From a virus (taxonomy: Duplodnaviria; Caudoviricetes): 27,564 nt of DNA. The notes below the pieces were generated by a model that was not told where the DNA came from, made no database searches, and was given only the letters and a program-made list of their open reading frames with translations. The stretch is taken from IMG/VR virus record IMGVR_UViG_3300005805_000370, positions 1 through 27,564 of that record; one strand, given 5' to 3'. Made by a program: the position numbers and the translations under genes. Shown piece by piece: positions 1 through 7,966 of the stretch (its first letter is position 1; the number at the start of each line of letters is the position of its first letter).

Positions 1-602
1 TAGCAATTGGTAGTCCTTGGTATTTAAAATTAAAACACTTTGAATATGTAGCACACGCTGAAGCTGTTTTTAGCTCAGCCGAATGCGAAAAAATTAAAGA
101 AATTTTTGCCGAACGACCTAGTATAGATGCTAGAATTTCCGAGGAAGGTAATATGCAGGGAATTGTAGATACTTCCATTAGAAAGAGCACTGTAAAATGG
201 GGAATAGGCGGAGAGAGTGAATTAGAATGGGTATTTCGAAGATGCACTGATGCTGTAGAGGCAGTGAATAAACAGTTTTGGAATTTTGATTTGGAATATA
301 TCGAAATACTTCAATATACAATTTATAGAGAAACTGGCGACAACTATACAATGCACACAGATCTATTGTTGGAAAGTCCTCACTATAGAAAACTAAGTTT
401 TAGTGTACAATTATGTGACGATACAGACTACGAGGGCTGCGATTTAGACATCATGCTGTCTACTGACAGTTATATAAAGTCAACTAGAAACAAAGGAGCT
501 ATGATAGTTTTCCCTAGTTTTGTCATGCACCAGGCTAATCCTATTATCAAAGGCGAAAGGCATAGTTTAGTGGGTTGGGTATGTGGTCCTAACTTTAGGT
601 AA
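1..602 (+). CDS. 2OG-Fe(II) oxygenase (prolyl-4-hydroxylase/PKHD-like), 5' partial
   Basis: HTD...RKLS...H...R-x-S-LVGW facial triad and 2OG-binding motifs. The frame is open from base 3 (AIGSPWYL...FSSAECEKIK), so the gene starts upstream of the window rather than at 153. Confidence 0.85.
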   Translation, partial: AIGSPWYLKLKHFEYVAHAEAVFSSAECEKIKEIFAERPSIDARISEEGNMQGIVDTSIRKSTVKWGIGGESELEWVFRRCTDAVEAVNKQFWNFDLEYIEILQYTIYRETGDNYTMHTDLLLESPHYRKLSFSVQLCDDTDYEGCDLDIMLSTDSYIKSTRNKGAMIVFPSFVMHQANPIIKGERHSLVGWVCGPNFR

Positions 603-604
603 TT

Positions 605-1267
605 ATGAGTTTTGAAAAAGATTATTACGCAGTTGTTCGTAATTTCCTTCCCAAAGAATTAGTTGAATACGTTCAATATAGTTGTGATATACATGAAACA
701 ATTTATCTAAATAAAAAACCTCCTACAGAGGACGATCCATTTCCATATGGAGATCCTCAAAGTCCCGAGAGTTTTTCTTGGTACGGTGCTATCCATACAG
801 AGGCCCTACTTTTGTACTGCGGCCAAAGGTTAAGCAAAATTACAGGCAAAGAGCTCTCTGAAACTTACAGTTATACTAGAGCTTACTACAAAGGGGCCGA
901 GCTAAAACGTCATGTTGATAGGCATAGTTGCGAATATAGCGGTACTATTTGTATTAGTAAAAACGGAGCAGACTGGCCTATATACTTTGAAAATCTAGAG
1001 GGCAATATATTAGAATGTGAATTAGAACCCGGTGATTTAGCTGTATATAAAGGAGCAGAAATTCCTCATTGGAGGAAAACCTATACTGGAGATAGGCATG
1101 TACAAATCTTTGTACACTACGTAGATAAAAATGGACTTTACGGAGACTCACATTTATATGATGGGAGACCTTTTTTAGGTGCTCCCTATCATATTAAGAT
1201 AAGATCAAATAGCTCAGATACATGGAAAGACCAAAGCGAAAACTTGCTATTTCAGGCTCGGGGTTAA
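605..1267 (+). CDS. phage 2OG-Fe(II) oxygenase
   Basis: YSYTRAYYKGAELKRHVDRHSCEYS (HxD), LEPGD, HWR and QIFVHY motifs typical of phage 2OG-Fe(II) oxygenases. Confidence 0.8.
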   Translation: MSFEKDYYAVVRNFLPKELVEYVQYSCDIHETIYLNKKPPTEDDPFPYGDPQSPESFSWYGAIHTEALLLYCGQRLSKITGKELSETYSYTRAYYKGAELKRHVDRHSCEYSGTICISKNGADWPIYFENLEGNILECELEPGDLAVYKGAEIPHWRKTYTGDRHVQIFVHYVDKNGLYGDSHLYDGRPFLGAPYHIKIRSNSSDTWKDQSENLLFQARG

Positions 1268-1521
1268 ACTCATGTTATGCCATAGGGCATTTTTTAAAAT
1301 ACAGTGCTGCCGAGATAGAATGGTATATACACGACCAAGATGAATCTTTTCAACTTGCCTATCCTAATTTTGTAGAAGATATATATGGTCATTTTAATTT
1401 TATAGATAAAATAATCCATAATCCTGTAACGAGTTTAAATAAAATCGGCTGCGGAACAGTTCACAAAAGTTTTAGTTCAAAGTACGCTCCTAGTAGACAT
1501 GGGTATATAATAGAAGTATGA
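1222..1521 (+). pseudogene. truncated/degenerate flavin-dependent (tryptophan halogenase-like) N-terminal fragment
   Basis: KLAISGSGLNSCYAIGHFLKY...IEWY resembles a decayed Rossmann GxGxxG start of phage PrnA-like proteins; only 99 aa. Confidence 0.4.
1506..1511 (+). promoter_or_regulatory. -10 box TATAAT, leaderless (6 nt to ATG 1518)
   Basis: TATAAT-agaagt-ATG, no SD. Confidence 0.6.
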
Positions 1522-1790
1522 CGCAAAAAGAAATTGTTGAGTTTTCTACTTCTGGCTCTAAAACTTCTGAAATAATGCAACCAATAGTTCAGGAACTGCT
1601 TCACAATAATCCAGATGTTACATATACTAGAATTAATTATGATGAAGAGCCAGATTTGGTAAAAGCCATGATTGCCTCCCAGCCACCAACAATTAGTCCA
1701 TTTTTTGTAAGTTTTTATGATGGCAAGATGTTTGCTAGTGCTGCTGGACTAATATCTGCAGACGAATTATCTAAACTATTAAAACTCTAA
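1518..1790 (+). CDS. thioredoxin-fold protein lacking CxxC
   Basis: EFSTSGSKTSEIMQPIVQEL...INYDEEPDL...SPFFVSFYDGK follows the thioredoxin pattern, with SKTS in place of CxxC. Confidence 0.6.
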   Translation: MTQKEIVEFSTSGSKTSEIMQPIVQELLHNNPDVTYTRINYDEEPDLVKAMIASQPPTISPFFVSFYDGKMFASAAGLISADELSKLLKL

Positions 1791-1964
1791 GTCTGGGAAC
1801 ACTGTCTGTGCCTCATTACAATTAAGGCAGTAATGCGTGTACTCTTTGATATTCGGTCCACCAAGAACAATCTCATCTCTTTTTGATGCCTCAATTAATT
1901 GAGGTGTGGGGTATCCATAAACTATGGGAACCATAAAAAATTGATTACAAATTGAGCAGACCAT
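1779..1964 (-). CDS. small zinc-ribbon protein
   Basis: CSIC...VPIVYGYP...IVLGG...CLNC; TGATAAAAT 6 nt upstream of the ATG. Confidence 0.7.
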   Translation of the reverse strand: MVCSICNQFFMVPIVYGYPTPQLIEASKRDEIVLGGPNIKEYTHYCLNCNEAQTVFPDLEF

Positions 1965-2002
1965 TAATTAATTTTATCATATAAATGCAATATAATTGGC
2001 AA

Positions 2003-2110
2003 ATGATACCTATTTTTTGGAAATGTCTAAAATGTGGTATATCTATTAGGGCAGAGCAGGTTGATCAAATCCCCACTATCATCGGAACACATAATTGTGA
2101 TACAATATAG
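2003..2110 (+). CDS. 35-aa putative Zn-binding microprotein (not in ORF track)
   Basis: MIPIFWKCLKCGISIRAEQVDQIPTIIGTHNCDTI*; CxxC...HxC; TATAAT (1991-1996) 6 nt before the ATG. Confidence 0.55.
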   Translation: MIPIFWKCLKCGISIRAEQVDQIPTIIGTHNCDTI

Positions 2111-2112
2111 AC

Positions 2113-2394
2113 ATGCTTACACATTCTTTAATTACCCTTTCAAATAGTGATGTTACAAGGGTGTCTCCAGCTGGTGTTCACTCTGGATGTGACGTAACAG
2201 TACAAAATGTTAATGATACTGGTTACATCTACCTTGGAAATTCTGCAGTATCTAGCACAAACTATGGCTTTAGAATTTTGCCAAACCATTCAATCTCTTT
2301 TGAGCTTCCTGGCAAGGATGCTCTTTATGCAATTTCATCTGTTAACTCTATGAAGGCAGCTGTTATGATTACTAATCTTGAGAGTGGTAGTTAA
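2113..2394 (+). CDS. hypothetical beta-rich protein (possibly virion-associated)
   Basis: Clean ORF with a leaderless TGATACAAT promoter; VQN...IYLG...YGFRI pattern; coupled to the next gene (TAATG). Confidence 0.6.
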   Translation: MLTHSLITLSNSDVTRVSPAGVHSGCDVTVQNVNDTGYIYLGNSAVSSTNYGFRILPNHSISFELPGKDALYAISSVNSMKAAVMITNLESGS

Positions 2395-2840
2395 TGGCTA
2401 GATTTACCCACCCTGCTTTTGGCGATGTTGGTGGACTAACAACAAAAATAGAATCTTATAATCCAGTTTGGTCTGGAACTGGTTTAACCTTCACTGGAAC
2501 TCCAGCTACTGGTTCATATATTAAAATTGGAAACTTTGTTATTGTACAAATAGATGTATTGTTTAGTACTGTAACTAATTTTGGTACTGGACAATATTCA
2601 TTAACAATTCCGTTTGCATCTAAGTATCACACAGATGTTTATGGTGGTTCAATTCACGATGTAACAAACCAGGGCGTTGATCATTATAGCATTAAGGGAC
2701 ACTTGCTACCTTCAAGTGCAAGTTTAACAATTTGGAATTTGGCAAGTTCTGCAAAGGATGAACCATTTGATCACAATTCACCATTTATTCTTTCAACATC
2801 GGATAAATTTCACATGTCTTTTTCCTACATTTGTGAATAA
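2394..2840 (+). CDS. tail-fiber/receptor-binding head-like domain protein
   Basis: SYNPVWS...TGSYIKIGNFVIVQI...GTGQYSLTIPF resembles C-terminal domains of phage fiber proteins. Confidence 0.5.
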   Translation: MARFTHPAFGDVGGLTTKIESYNPVWSGTGLTFTGTPATGSYIKIGNFVIVQIDVLFSTVTNFGTGQYSLTIPFASKYHTDVYGGSIHDVTNQGVDHYSIKGHLLPSSASLTIWNLASSAKDEPFDHNSPFILSTSDKFHMSFSYICE

Positions 2841-2925
2841 ATAAGTTATCAAACTGTAATAATTTACTTGATTTTTATGCTCATACAGGAGTATAATATA
2901 TCATCAACTTAATAAGGAAGTGTTT

Positions 2926-3147
2926 ATGACTACTGTTTATACAAAGCCATCGTGCGTTCAGTGCGATATGACTAAAAGATATATGGATAAGAATGGTATT
3001 GCTTATAATACCGTGGACATTACTGAAGACCCAGATGCATTAGATTTAATTGTTGGCATGGGATTTTCATCAGTACCAGTAGTCATTTCAGAAAAGGGTA
3101 CTTGGGCAGGTTTCCAGCCAGACAAGATTAATCTTCTAGCTGCTTGA
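2926..3147 (+). CDS. nrdH: glutaredoxin-like NrdH redoxin
   Basis: TVYTKPSCVQCDMTKR...SSVPVV...WAGFQPDKI; AAGGA SD 7 nt before ATG 2926; TATAAT at 2892-2897. Confidence 0.9.
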   Translation: MTTVYTKPSCVQCDMTKRYMDKNGIAYNTVDITEDPDALDLIVGMGFSSVPVVISEKGTWAGFQPDKINLLAA

Positions 3148-3178
3148 TTTTTTGACTTAGTTGGTGTAAAATTAATAT

Positions 3179-3409
3179 ATGAGTCTACCAGACATTGATT
3201 ATGAATTGAGAGATGTGGGACAATTTGAATATGGTGTTGATCTAGCAAGTCCCAGAACACCACAAGATATGCAGTTTGTTGCAGATGCATTTGCTGCAGG
3301 ACAAGCAAAAGAGCGAGCCAGAATTGAACAGGCATTGCTTTCAGAGTCTTCTGGTGGACATTTAGACATTGCAATTTTTAAATTACAGAAAATTATTAAT
3401 GAGCAATAA
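3179..3409 (+). CDS. hypothetical protein
   Basis: ORF preceded by TTGATT-17-TAAAAT-6-ATG. Confidence 0.65.
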   Translation: MSLPDIDYELRDVGQFEYGVDLASPRTPQDMQFVADAFAAGQAKERARIEQALLSESSGGHLDIAIFKLQKIINEQ

Positions 3410-3566
3410 TATTTGGGAAGAACTTAAATCTATTAAAAAAGATCTTGACGCTATCGAAATACAGCTTAGCATGAATAAAGAGGCTATTGAATCTATTGAG
3501 ATGGAGCTAAGATTTTTGCAAACAGAATTAGATTACCAATCCAGGGGTAATAGCTCAGCAGGTTAG
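3399..3566 (+). CDS. small coiled-coil hypothetical protein
   Basis: MSNNIWEELKSIKKDLDAIEIQL heptad pattern; the 3' end runs into the tRNA. Confidence 0.5.
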   Translation: MSNNIWEELKSIKKDLDAIEIQLSMNKEAIESIEMELRFLQTELDYQSRGNSSAG

Positions 3567-3617
3567 AGCAAACGACTCATAATCGTTCGGTCCTGGGTTC
3601 AAGTCCCAGTTGCCCCA
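3544..3617 (+). tRNA. tRNA with CAT anticodon (probably Ile2, possibly elongator Met)
   Basis: GGGGTAA/TTGCCCC acceptor stem, AACGA-CTCATAA-TCGTT anticodon arm, TTCAAGT T-loop; no encoded CCA. Confidence 0.9.
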
Positions 3618-3618
3618 C

Positions 3619-3691
3619 GCCCCCGTAGCCCAATGGCAGAGGCAGCAGACTTAAAATCTGTTCAGTGTCAGTTCGAGTCTGACCAGGGGCA
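3619..3691 (+). tRNA. tRNA-Leu(TAA), short variable arm
   Basis: GCCCCCG/CAGGGGC acceptor (one mismatch), GCAGA-CTTAAAA-TCTGT, GTCAG-TTCGAGT-CTGAC. Confidence 0.9.
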
Positions 3692-3715
3692 CTAATCATG
3701 GTATAATAAAATGCT

Positions 3716-4312
3716 ATGACTATTAATGCATGGGGAAGGCTTAGTCCCCAAAGAAGAAGAAGAATCCAGGAGCAAACTGGAGAGCAGGCAACTGCTGCTA
3801 CCAAGGAGCGAATTGAAGATCAAAAAAGAAAAAGATATGAGCTTCAAGAGTCAAAACGTGCTCCAAAAATTCAGGTAGACCAAAAGCTAATTCTTTGGAC
3901 TTGGCTTATTGGTATTGCTGCTGCTTTTATTTCATCTGCAATTGTATCCTTTAATGGTATTACATCTGTTGCCACATTTGTTGGACTATCCCAGGCATGG
4001 ATGGCTGGCTTGTTCTTCTTCTTTATTGAACTTATGTATCTTCTATTTTTAATTGCCTATCTTGTATTGGCCTCTAGAATAGATGAAGAAGGCAAGACAG
4101 AAAGAACTGGCGGAGCATTAATTGGAATGATTGCCTTTGGTGGCATTGCTGTTCTTGCTAATGCATTTCATACCTTTGACTTCTGGGAGTGGGCATGGAC
4201 AGAGCCACGCATGTGGGCTGGTATCACACTAAGCGTTGCTGCACCAATTGCTATTATTAGTGCCTCAAAGATGGCCTCCAGAGTTGTATTTGCTAAGGCA
4301 ATTAAGCTATAA
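3716..4312 (+). CDS. four-TM membrane protein
   Basis: Basic N-terminus followed by four hydrophobic segments; TGGTATAAT 8 nt upstream. Confidence 0.75.
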   Translation: MTINAWGRLSPQRRRRIQEQTGEQATAATKERIEDQKRKRYELQESKRAPKIQVDQKLILWTWLIGIAAAFISSAIVSFNGITSVATFVGLSQAWMAGLFFFFIELMYLLFLIAYLVLASRIDEEGKTERTGGALIGMIAFGGIAVLANAFHTFDFWEWAWTEPRMWAGITLSVAAPIAIISASKMASRVVFAKAIKL

Positions 4313-4333
4313 CGGCTGATATAATAATACTGT

Positions 4334-4615
4334 ATGGTAAAGTCTGCCAAACAGCGTAAACAGCTACATAAAGTGTTAGAGGAGCTTCACCTCTATAAAG
4401 AAAAGCATGGCTGTGCTGACTGCAGAAATCATTTCCCACATTATGTTTTAGAATTTGATCATAGGCCCAATGAAATAAAAATTGATGTTGTCTATAGAGT
4501 ATTACGAACCTATGGAGAAACGGCTGCCTGGATTGAAGTGAATAAATGTGATGTGGTATGTGCCAACTGTCATAAAATAAGGACGTATCAAAGGGAACAA
4601 GAAAATGCAGCCTGA
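4334..4615 (+). CDS. HNH-type endonuclease-like protein
   Basis: CADC...LEFDH...KCDVVCANCHKIRT. Confidence 0.8.
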   Translation: MVKSAKQRKQLHKVLEELHLYKEKHGCADCRNHFPHYVLEFDHRPNEIKIDVVYRVLRTYGETAAWIEVNKCDVVCANCHKIRTYQREQENAA

Positions 4616-4766
4616 AGATCAACTTAGAGAAATACTATTTAACATTGGTAAAGAAATTAAACTACTAAAGATAGATGATGACAATATCGTTATAGATATT
4701 GATTACGAAAAATATATTGATGAAATTATGCAGATCGTAAAGTCTTTAGCTTGTGACCAACAGTAA
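4605..4766 (+). CDS. 53-aa hypothetical protein (not in ORF track)
   Basis: MQPEDQLREILFNIGKEIKLLKIDDDNIVIDIDYEKYIDEIMQIVKSLACDQQ*; fills the gap after the HNH gene and overlaps the convergent gene by 41 nt. Confidence 0.6.
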   Translation: MQPEDQLREILFNIGKEIKLLKIDDDNIVIDIDYEKYIDEIMQIVKSLACDQQ

Positions 4767-5883
4767 CGTCAGTTGGCTTGCCATCTCTATATAGGGTTAT
4801 AACGGCCACAGGATCGTCTTCAGAGGCATTTAAAGTAAAGTCACTGTTTGGTACGTTATAGGTTCCACTTCTGATTATTCGTCTTATTTTACCTGTTGCC
4901 CTGCCACCAGATGAGTTCCAAGATACCATAGAGCCTACACCAATAGCCTTAAATATATCGGTTAGTAATTCTGATGTGGTCCAATCTTTGCCAAAATCAG
5001 CAAACAAAGCTTTGTCCTTCATTCTGTTTACAATGCCCCGTGACCAGCTAAATCCTGCATCTCCGCCCCATGCATCCCACATAATACGACCATTAGATGG
5101 ATTGCTTGTGTTATAAAAATCCTTACCCTTCTTATCTACTTCGTGACGAGAGAAGAAAGAAAACATTCTTCGGACAACGCTTAGTGACATAGATCTACCA
5201 GCAACTATATCGCTTGCTCTTCCCCAACCAACTGCAGTTCCTGCACCAGTTGCCTTGCCCTGCTCTTTCCATTTTAGTGCTCTACGTGCAGCTGCTTTCA
5301 TTCCAGCTGTTGGTGTAAAAGTTTCTGCTTTGCTCATAAGCTCAAGCATCTCGTCATCCATGTCTTCTGGCATTGCGTGACCCTCCAAGTTTTCTAATTT
5401 TTGTGCATCTAGGTACATCATGCCAATACTATAAGCTGTTGGCTCCCAAGCACCATCATCTTCTTCATAAATACGAACTGACATTGCTGGATTTTCTGGT
5501 GGCATAGATTCAAGGGCATATTCGCTCCCAGGCGTTCCAAGTGTTCCGCCTTCCCACATAATATGTTCTACCATTCCGTGTGCAATACCTTCTTTGGTTT
5601 GCCCCATAACAAAATCGCCTTCTACAATTCGCTCATCCATTTTAGATATTGGAACACAGTTTGGAACCATTTTTCCATTTTTTCCTGGCTTCATTCCACG
5701 CTGTGTATATCCATCCCAGCATGGTGCAGCCTTATCTATGTTTCCTTCAGACTGATTGATTGCATATATTTGTCGTGCTGCAGCTTCTTTTGTTTTATGG
5801 CATCCCATTACGGTACCGTCATCTTTTAGGGCAGGGTAGCCAGAACAGCCGTACGATCCCTTGGCTCCAACATGATATGGCAT
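4726..5883 (-). CDS. modular phage protein (CWxGY module, two Tudor/DUF2945-like modules, WGGDAG domain); probable head-associated protein
   Basis: Start moved to MPYHVG (TGCTATAAT 6 nt upstream); PCWDGY...MVPNCVP, VGSMVSWNSSGGRATGKI, RIMWDAWGGDAG. Confidence 0.75.
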   Translation of the reverse strand: MPYHVGAKGSYGCSGYPALKDDGTVMGCHKTKEAAARQIYAINQSEGNIDKAAPCWDGYTQRGMKPGKNGKMVPNCVPISKMDERIVEGDFVMGQTKEGIAHGMVEHIMWEGGTLGTPGSEYALESMPPENPAMSVRIYEEDDGAWEPTAYSIGMMYLDAQKLENLEGHAMPEDMDDEMLELMSKAETFTPTAGMKAAARRALKWKEQGKATGAGTAVGWGRASDIVAGRSMSLSVVRRMFSFFSRHEVDKKGKDFYNTSNPSNGRIMWDAWGGDAGFSWSRGIVNRMKDKALFADFGKDWTTSELLTDIFKAIGVGSMVSWNSSGGRATGKIRRIIRSGTYNVPNSDFTLNASEDDPVAVITLYRDGKPTDVTVGHKLKTLRSA

Positions 5884-5900
5884 ATAAACATTATAGCATG

Positions 5901-5989
5901 AAAAATCCCCATACAGAACCTGTATTAGGCCAGGGGTCAAAATGGGTAACTAATCCATCCTAAGATAACGGCCTTGCCCTGTATGGGGA
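5901..5989 (-). ncRNA. candidate structured RNA / complex terminator
   Basis: Perfect 11-bp stem TCCCCATACAG/CTGTATGGGGA enclosing AGGCC/GGCCT and GGATGG/CCATTT stems, followed by T5 on -. Confidence 0.5.
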
Positions 5990-6004
5990 CTGTTTAATTA
6001 TATA

Positions 6005-6397
6005 CTACTTGATCTCAATCTGCTTTGGTTTTAGCTCCTCTGGCATATTGCGTTTTAGATCAATGTACAGAATACCGTCAAATGCCGAAGCATCCGTTAT
6101 TTCAAAGTATTCTGGTAGTGAGAATGAACGAATAAATTTACGGGTAGCAATTCCCTTATAAATGTACTCATCATCCTTTCCTAACTTTTCACCCTTAATC
6201 GTTAGAATCCCCCTTTCTACTGAAAGGTCTAGTTCTCCACGACTAAATCCAGCAACGGCGAACTCCATTACGAAGTGATCATCGTTTACTTTCTTTACGT
6301 TATAGGGCGGATAGTTTGTTTTTTGCATTGGTGCACCAAAGAACTTATCGAATTCCCGACTAAGTTGTGCAAATGGATCTAGGTAAGATACCATCAT
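6005..6397 (-). CDS. small heat-shock protein Hsp20/IbpA
   Basis: YPPYNV...MEFAVAGF...YIYKGIATRKFIRSFSL...DGILYIDL...PEELKPKQIEI; AAGGAG SD before ATG 6397. Confidence 0.95.
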   Translation of the reverse strand: MMVSYLDPFAQLSREFDKFFGAPMQKTNYPPYNVKKVNDDHFVMEFAVAGFSRGELDLSVERGILTIKGEKLGKDDEYIYKGIATRKFIRSFSLPEYFEITDASAFDGILYIDLKRNMPEELKPKQIEIK

Positions 6398-6460
6398 ATT
6401 ATCATCTCCTTTTATTAAGCGAGTTATTGCCCCCAAATGGCAGGCATATATATTATACCA
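6398..6460 (-). promoter_or_regulatory. hsp20 promoter (TGGTATAAT) and structured 5' leader
   Basis: TGGTATAAT...TGCCTGCCATTTGGGGGCA hairpin, then AACTCGCTTAATAAAAGGAG. Confidence 0.55.
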
Positions 6461-6496
6461 AAAGAAAAAGCGGTCTGCAAAATTATGCAGACCGCT
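6461..6496 (-). terminator. intrinsic terminator
   Basis: AGCGGTCTGCA/TGCAGACCGCT 11-bp stem followed by a T-tract on -. Confidence 0.85.
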
Positions 6497-6509
6497 AGTT
6501 TCTATTTAT

Positions 6510-6887
6510 TTATGCAACTTCGTTTGTCTTGGCAGAGCCTCCGCCAGAAGACTTCTTTGTTGTTTTCTTAGCTGCTGGCTTCTTCTCGCCAGTGGCCTTC
6601 TTAGCTGCTGGCTTCTTAGCTGCCTCTACAGCTACCTCTTCAAGCTTCTTTGTAACTGAAGATGTTACGGCCTTTGCTACCAAACCAAAAGCTGGGTCCT
6701 TCTTGTTAACCCAACGTAGTAGCGTTGGAACAGCAGAAGCCCATAGTGCATTTGCTACTAGCAGCCATTCAGCCCCACCAAACTCTAGTGGAGATGCAAT
6801 GCCAGTGCTTCCCATTACAATTGTAATTGCACCTAGCACAGACCCCAAAAGGTTTCTTAGATAGGACTCAATCATTGCCTTATTCAT
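6510..6887 (-). CDS. holin-like membrane protein with Lys/Ala-rich tail
   Basis: Two hydrophobic segments, LLRWVNKKDPAFG, then KKPAAKK x2. Confidence 0.6.
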   Translation of the reverse strand: MNKAMIESYLRNLLGSVLGAITIVMGSTGIASPLEFGGAEWLLVANALWASAVPTLLRWVNKKDPAFGLVAKAVTSSVTKKLEEVAVEAAKKPAAKKATGEKKPAAKKTTKKSSGGGSAKTNEVA

Positions 6888-6905
6888 ATTTCTCCTTATT
6901 TATAT

Positions 6906-7094
6906 TTACCACAATACCTCTGAAGCAATCATTCCAAAATGCATTGGGCACATTGGCAGAGATCTTTTTTCAATTGTTTTATATATGCTAGAAACAAGTT
7001 CATTGCACTTGGATATGCAACAAATTGCTGGCATCTTATTTGTCAATGCCTGCAGGCTTTTTTCTATATCTATCTCTTGCTTCAAAGGTAACAT
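6906..7094 (-). CDS. small Cys-rich hypothetical protein
   Basis: CCISKC...CPMH; colinear with neighbours. Confidence 0.5.
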   Translation of the reverse strand: MLPLKQEIDIEKSLQALTNKMPAICCISKCNELVSSIYKTIEKRSLPMCPMHFGMIASEVLW

Positions 7095-7103
7095 TTTCTT
7101 TTA

Positions 7104-7487
7104 CTATTCTACCACATCCATGTTTTTGGAGGGTAGAAACTTTAATAGCTCTTTATAGGCTCTATCAATTTCATTCTCTTTGTCAGATTCCATGGCTTTA
7201 TATAGGGCCTCAATAGCAGTCTGGACTTGCTCAATATATTCATATGCCCCATCCCTGGAGTCAGAGAGAAACTTAATAAAGTCATTCTCTATGCTTGGAC
7301 CATTGTTTACTATAAAAGATAGCCTGTCCATTTCTTCTGACAATACATTTTTATCGACAAATAGTTGTGCTATAACTGAAATAAATTTGTTATTCTTAAT
7401 CTTTAGAACAATAGCGATAATTGATAAAACCAATATAATTGATGCAAGGCCAGCTAAAATTAAGACATTGATTAATTCTGAACTCAT
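7104..7487 (-). CDS. hypothetical protein with N-terminal TM
   Basis: Hydrophobic N-terminus; ATGA overlap with the upstream gene. Confidence 0.7.
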   Translation of the reverse strand: MSSELINVLILAGLASIILVLSIIAIVLKIKNNKFISVIAQLFVDKNVLSEEMDRLSFIVNNGPSIENDFIKFLSDSRDGAYEYIEQVQTAIEALYKAMESDKENEIDRAYKELLKFLPSKNMDVVE

Positions 7488-7966
7488 TGGCTCTCCTTAT
7501 GTGTTACCCAGTAATATTTGCAAGTATCACAGCAAGGCTGGTTGTATTTGCTAATAGTTGCAGACTCAAACTCAAAATAGAATTCTGGATCTTTATAAAA
7601 CAGGTTTGCTTTATGGGTCGTAGTTACAAACTTCATAGTTTCTGAGTTCTGATACCATTTTGGAAAACCGCTCCCCCAGCTCCTGATGTTATTAGCTCTC
7701 AGAGTTACCAGGTTGTCTGTATTCTTATCTGTTTTGATTCCTCTATAGTTTGCTTCCCGAAGCATAGAAGACACATAGTCATACAGGGCTACTTCAAAGC
7801 CCTTCCACATTTTTACTGCTGGATGATTTCTCCAACCAGCATGTGGATCATTGCTAGATAGCACCTTAAGAATTTGATAGCACTCAAGTATTTGCTTATT
7901 CAATCGTTTTGAATCTAGCATTTTTGCAACAGTATCAAAGTCTTTAGATGGCAAAAATGTTTGCAT
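7484..7966 (-). CDS. pyrimidine-dimer DNA glycosylase family (MSMEG_6728-like)
   Basis: MQTFLP...LDSKRLNKQILECYQIL...GWRNHPAVKMWKG...HKANL..KDP...YYW. Confidence 0.85.
   Translation of the reverse strand: MQTFLPSKDFDTVAKMLDSKRLNKQILECYQILKVLSSNDPHAGWRNHPAVKMWKGFEVALYDYVSSMLREANYRGIKTDKNTDNLVTLRANNIRSWGSGFPKWYQNSETMKFVTTTHKANLFYKDPEFYFEFESATISKYNQPCCDTCKYYWVTHKESQ

Noticed and set aside
5960-5985. GCAAGGCC resembling the twister-sister ribozyme 5' strand
   Set aside because: The other conserved elements (UGCAAGUCC loop, GCUCA) are absent
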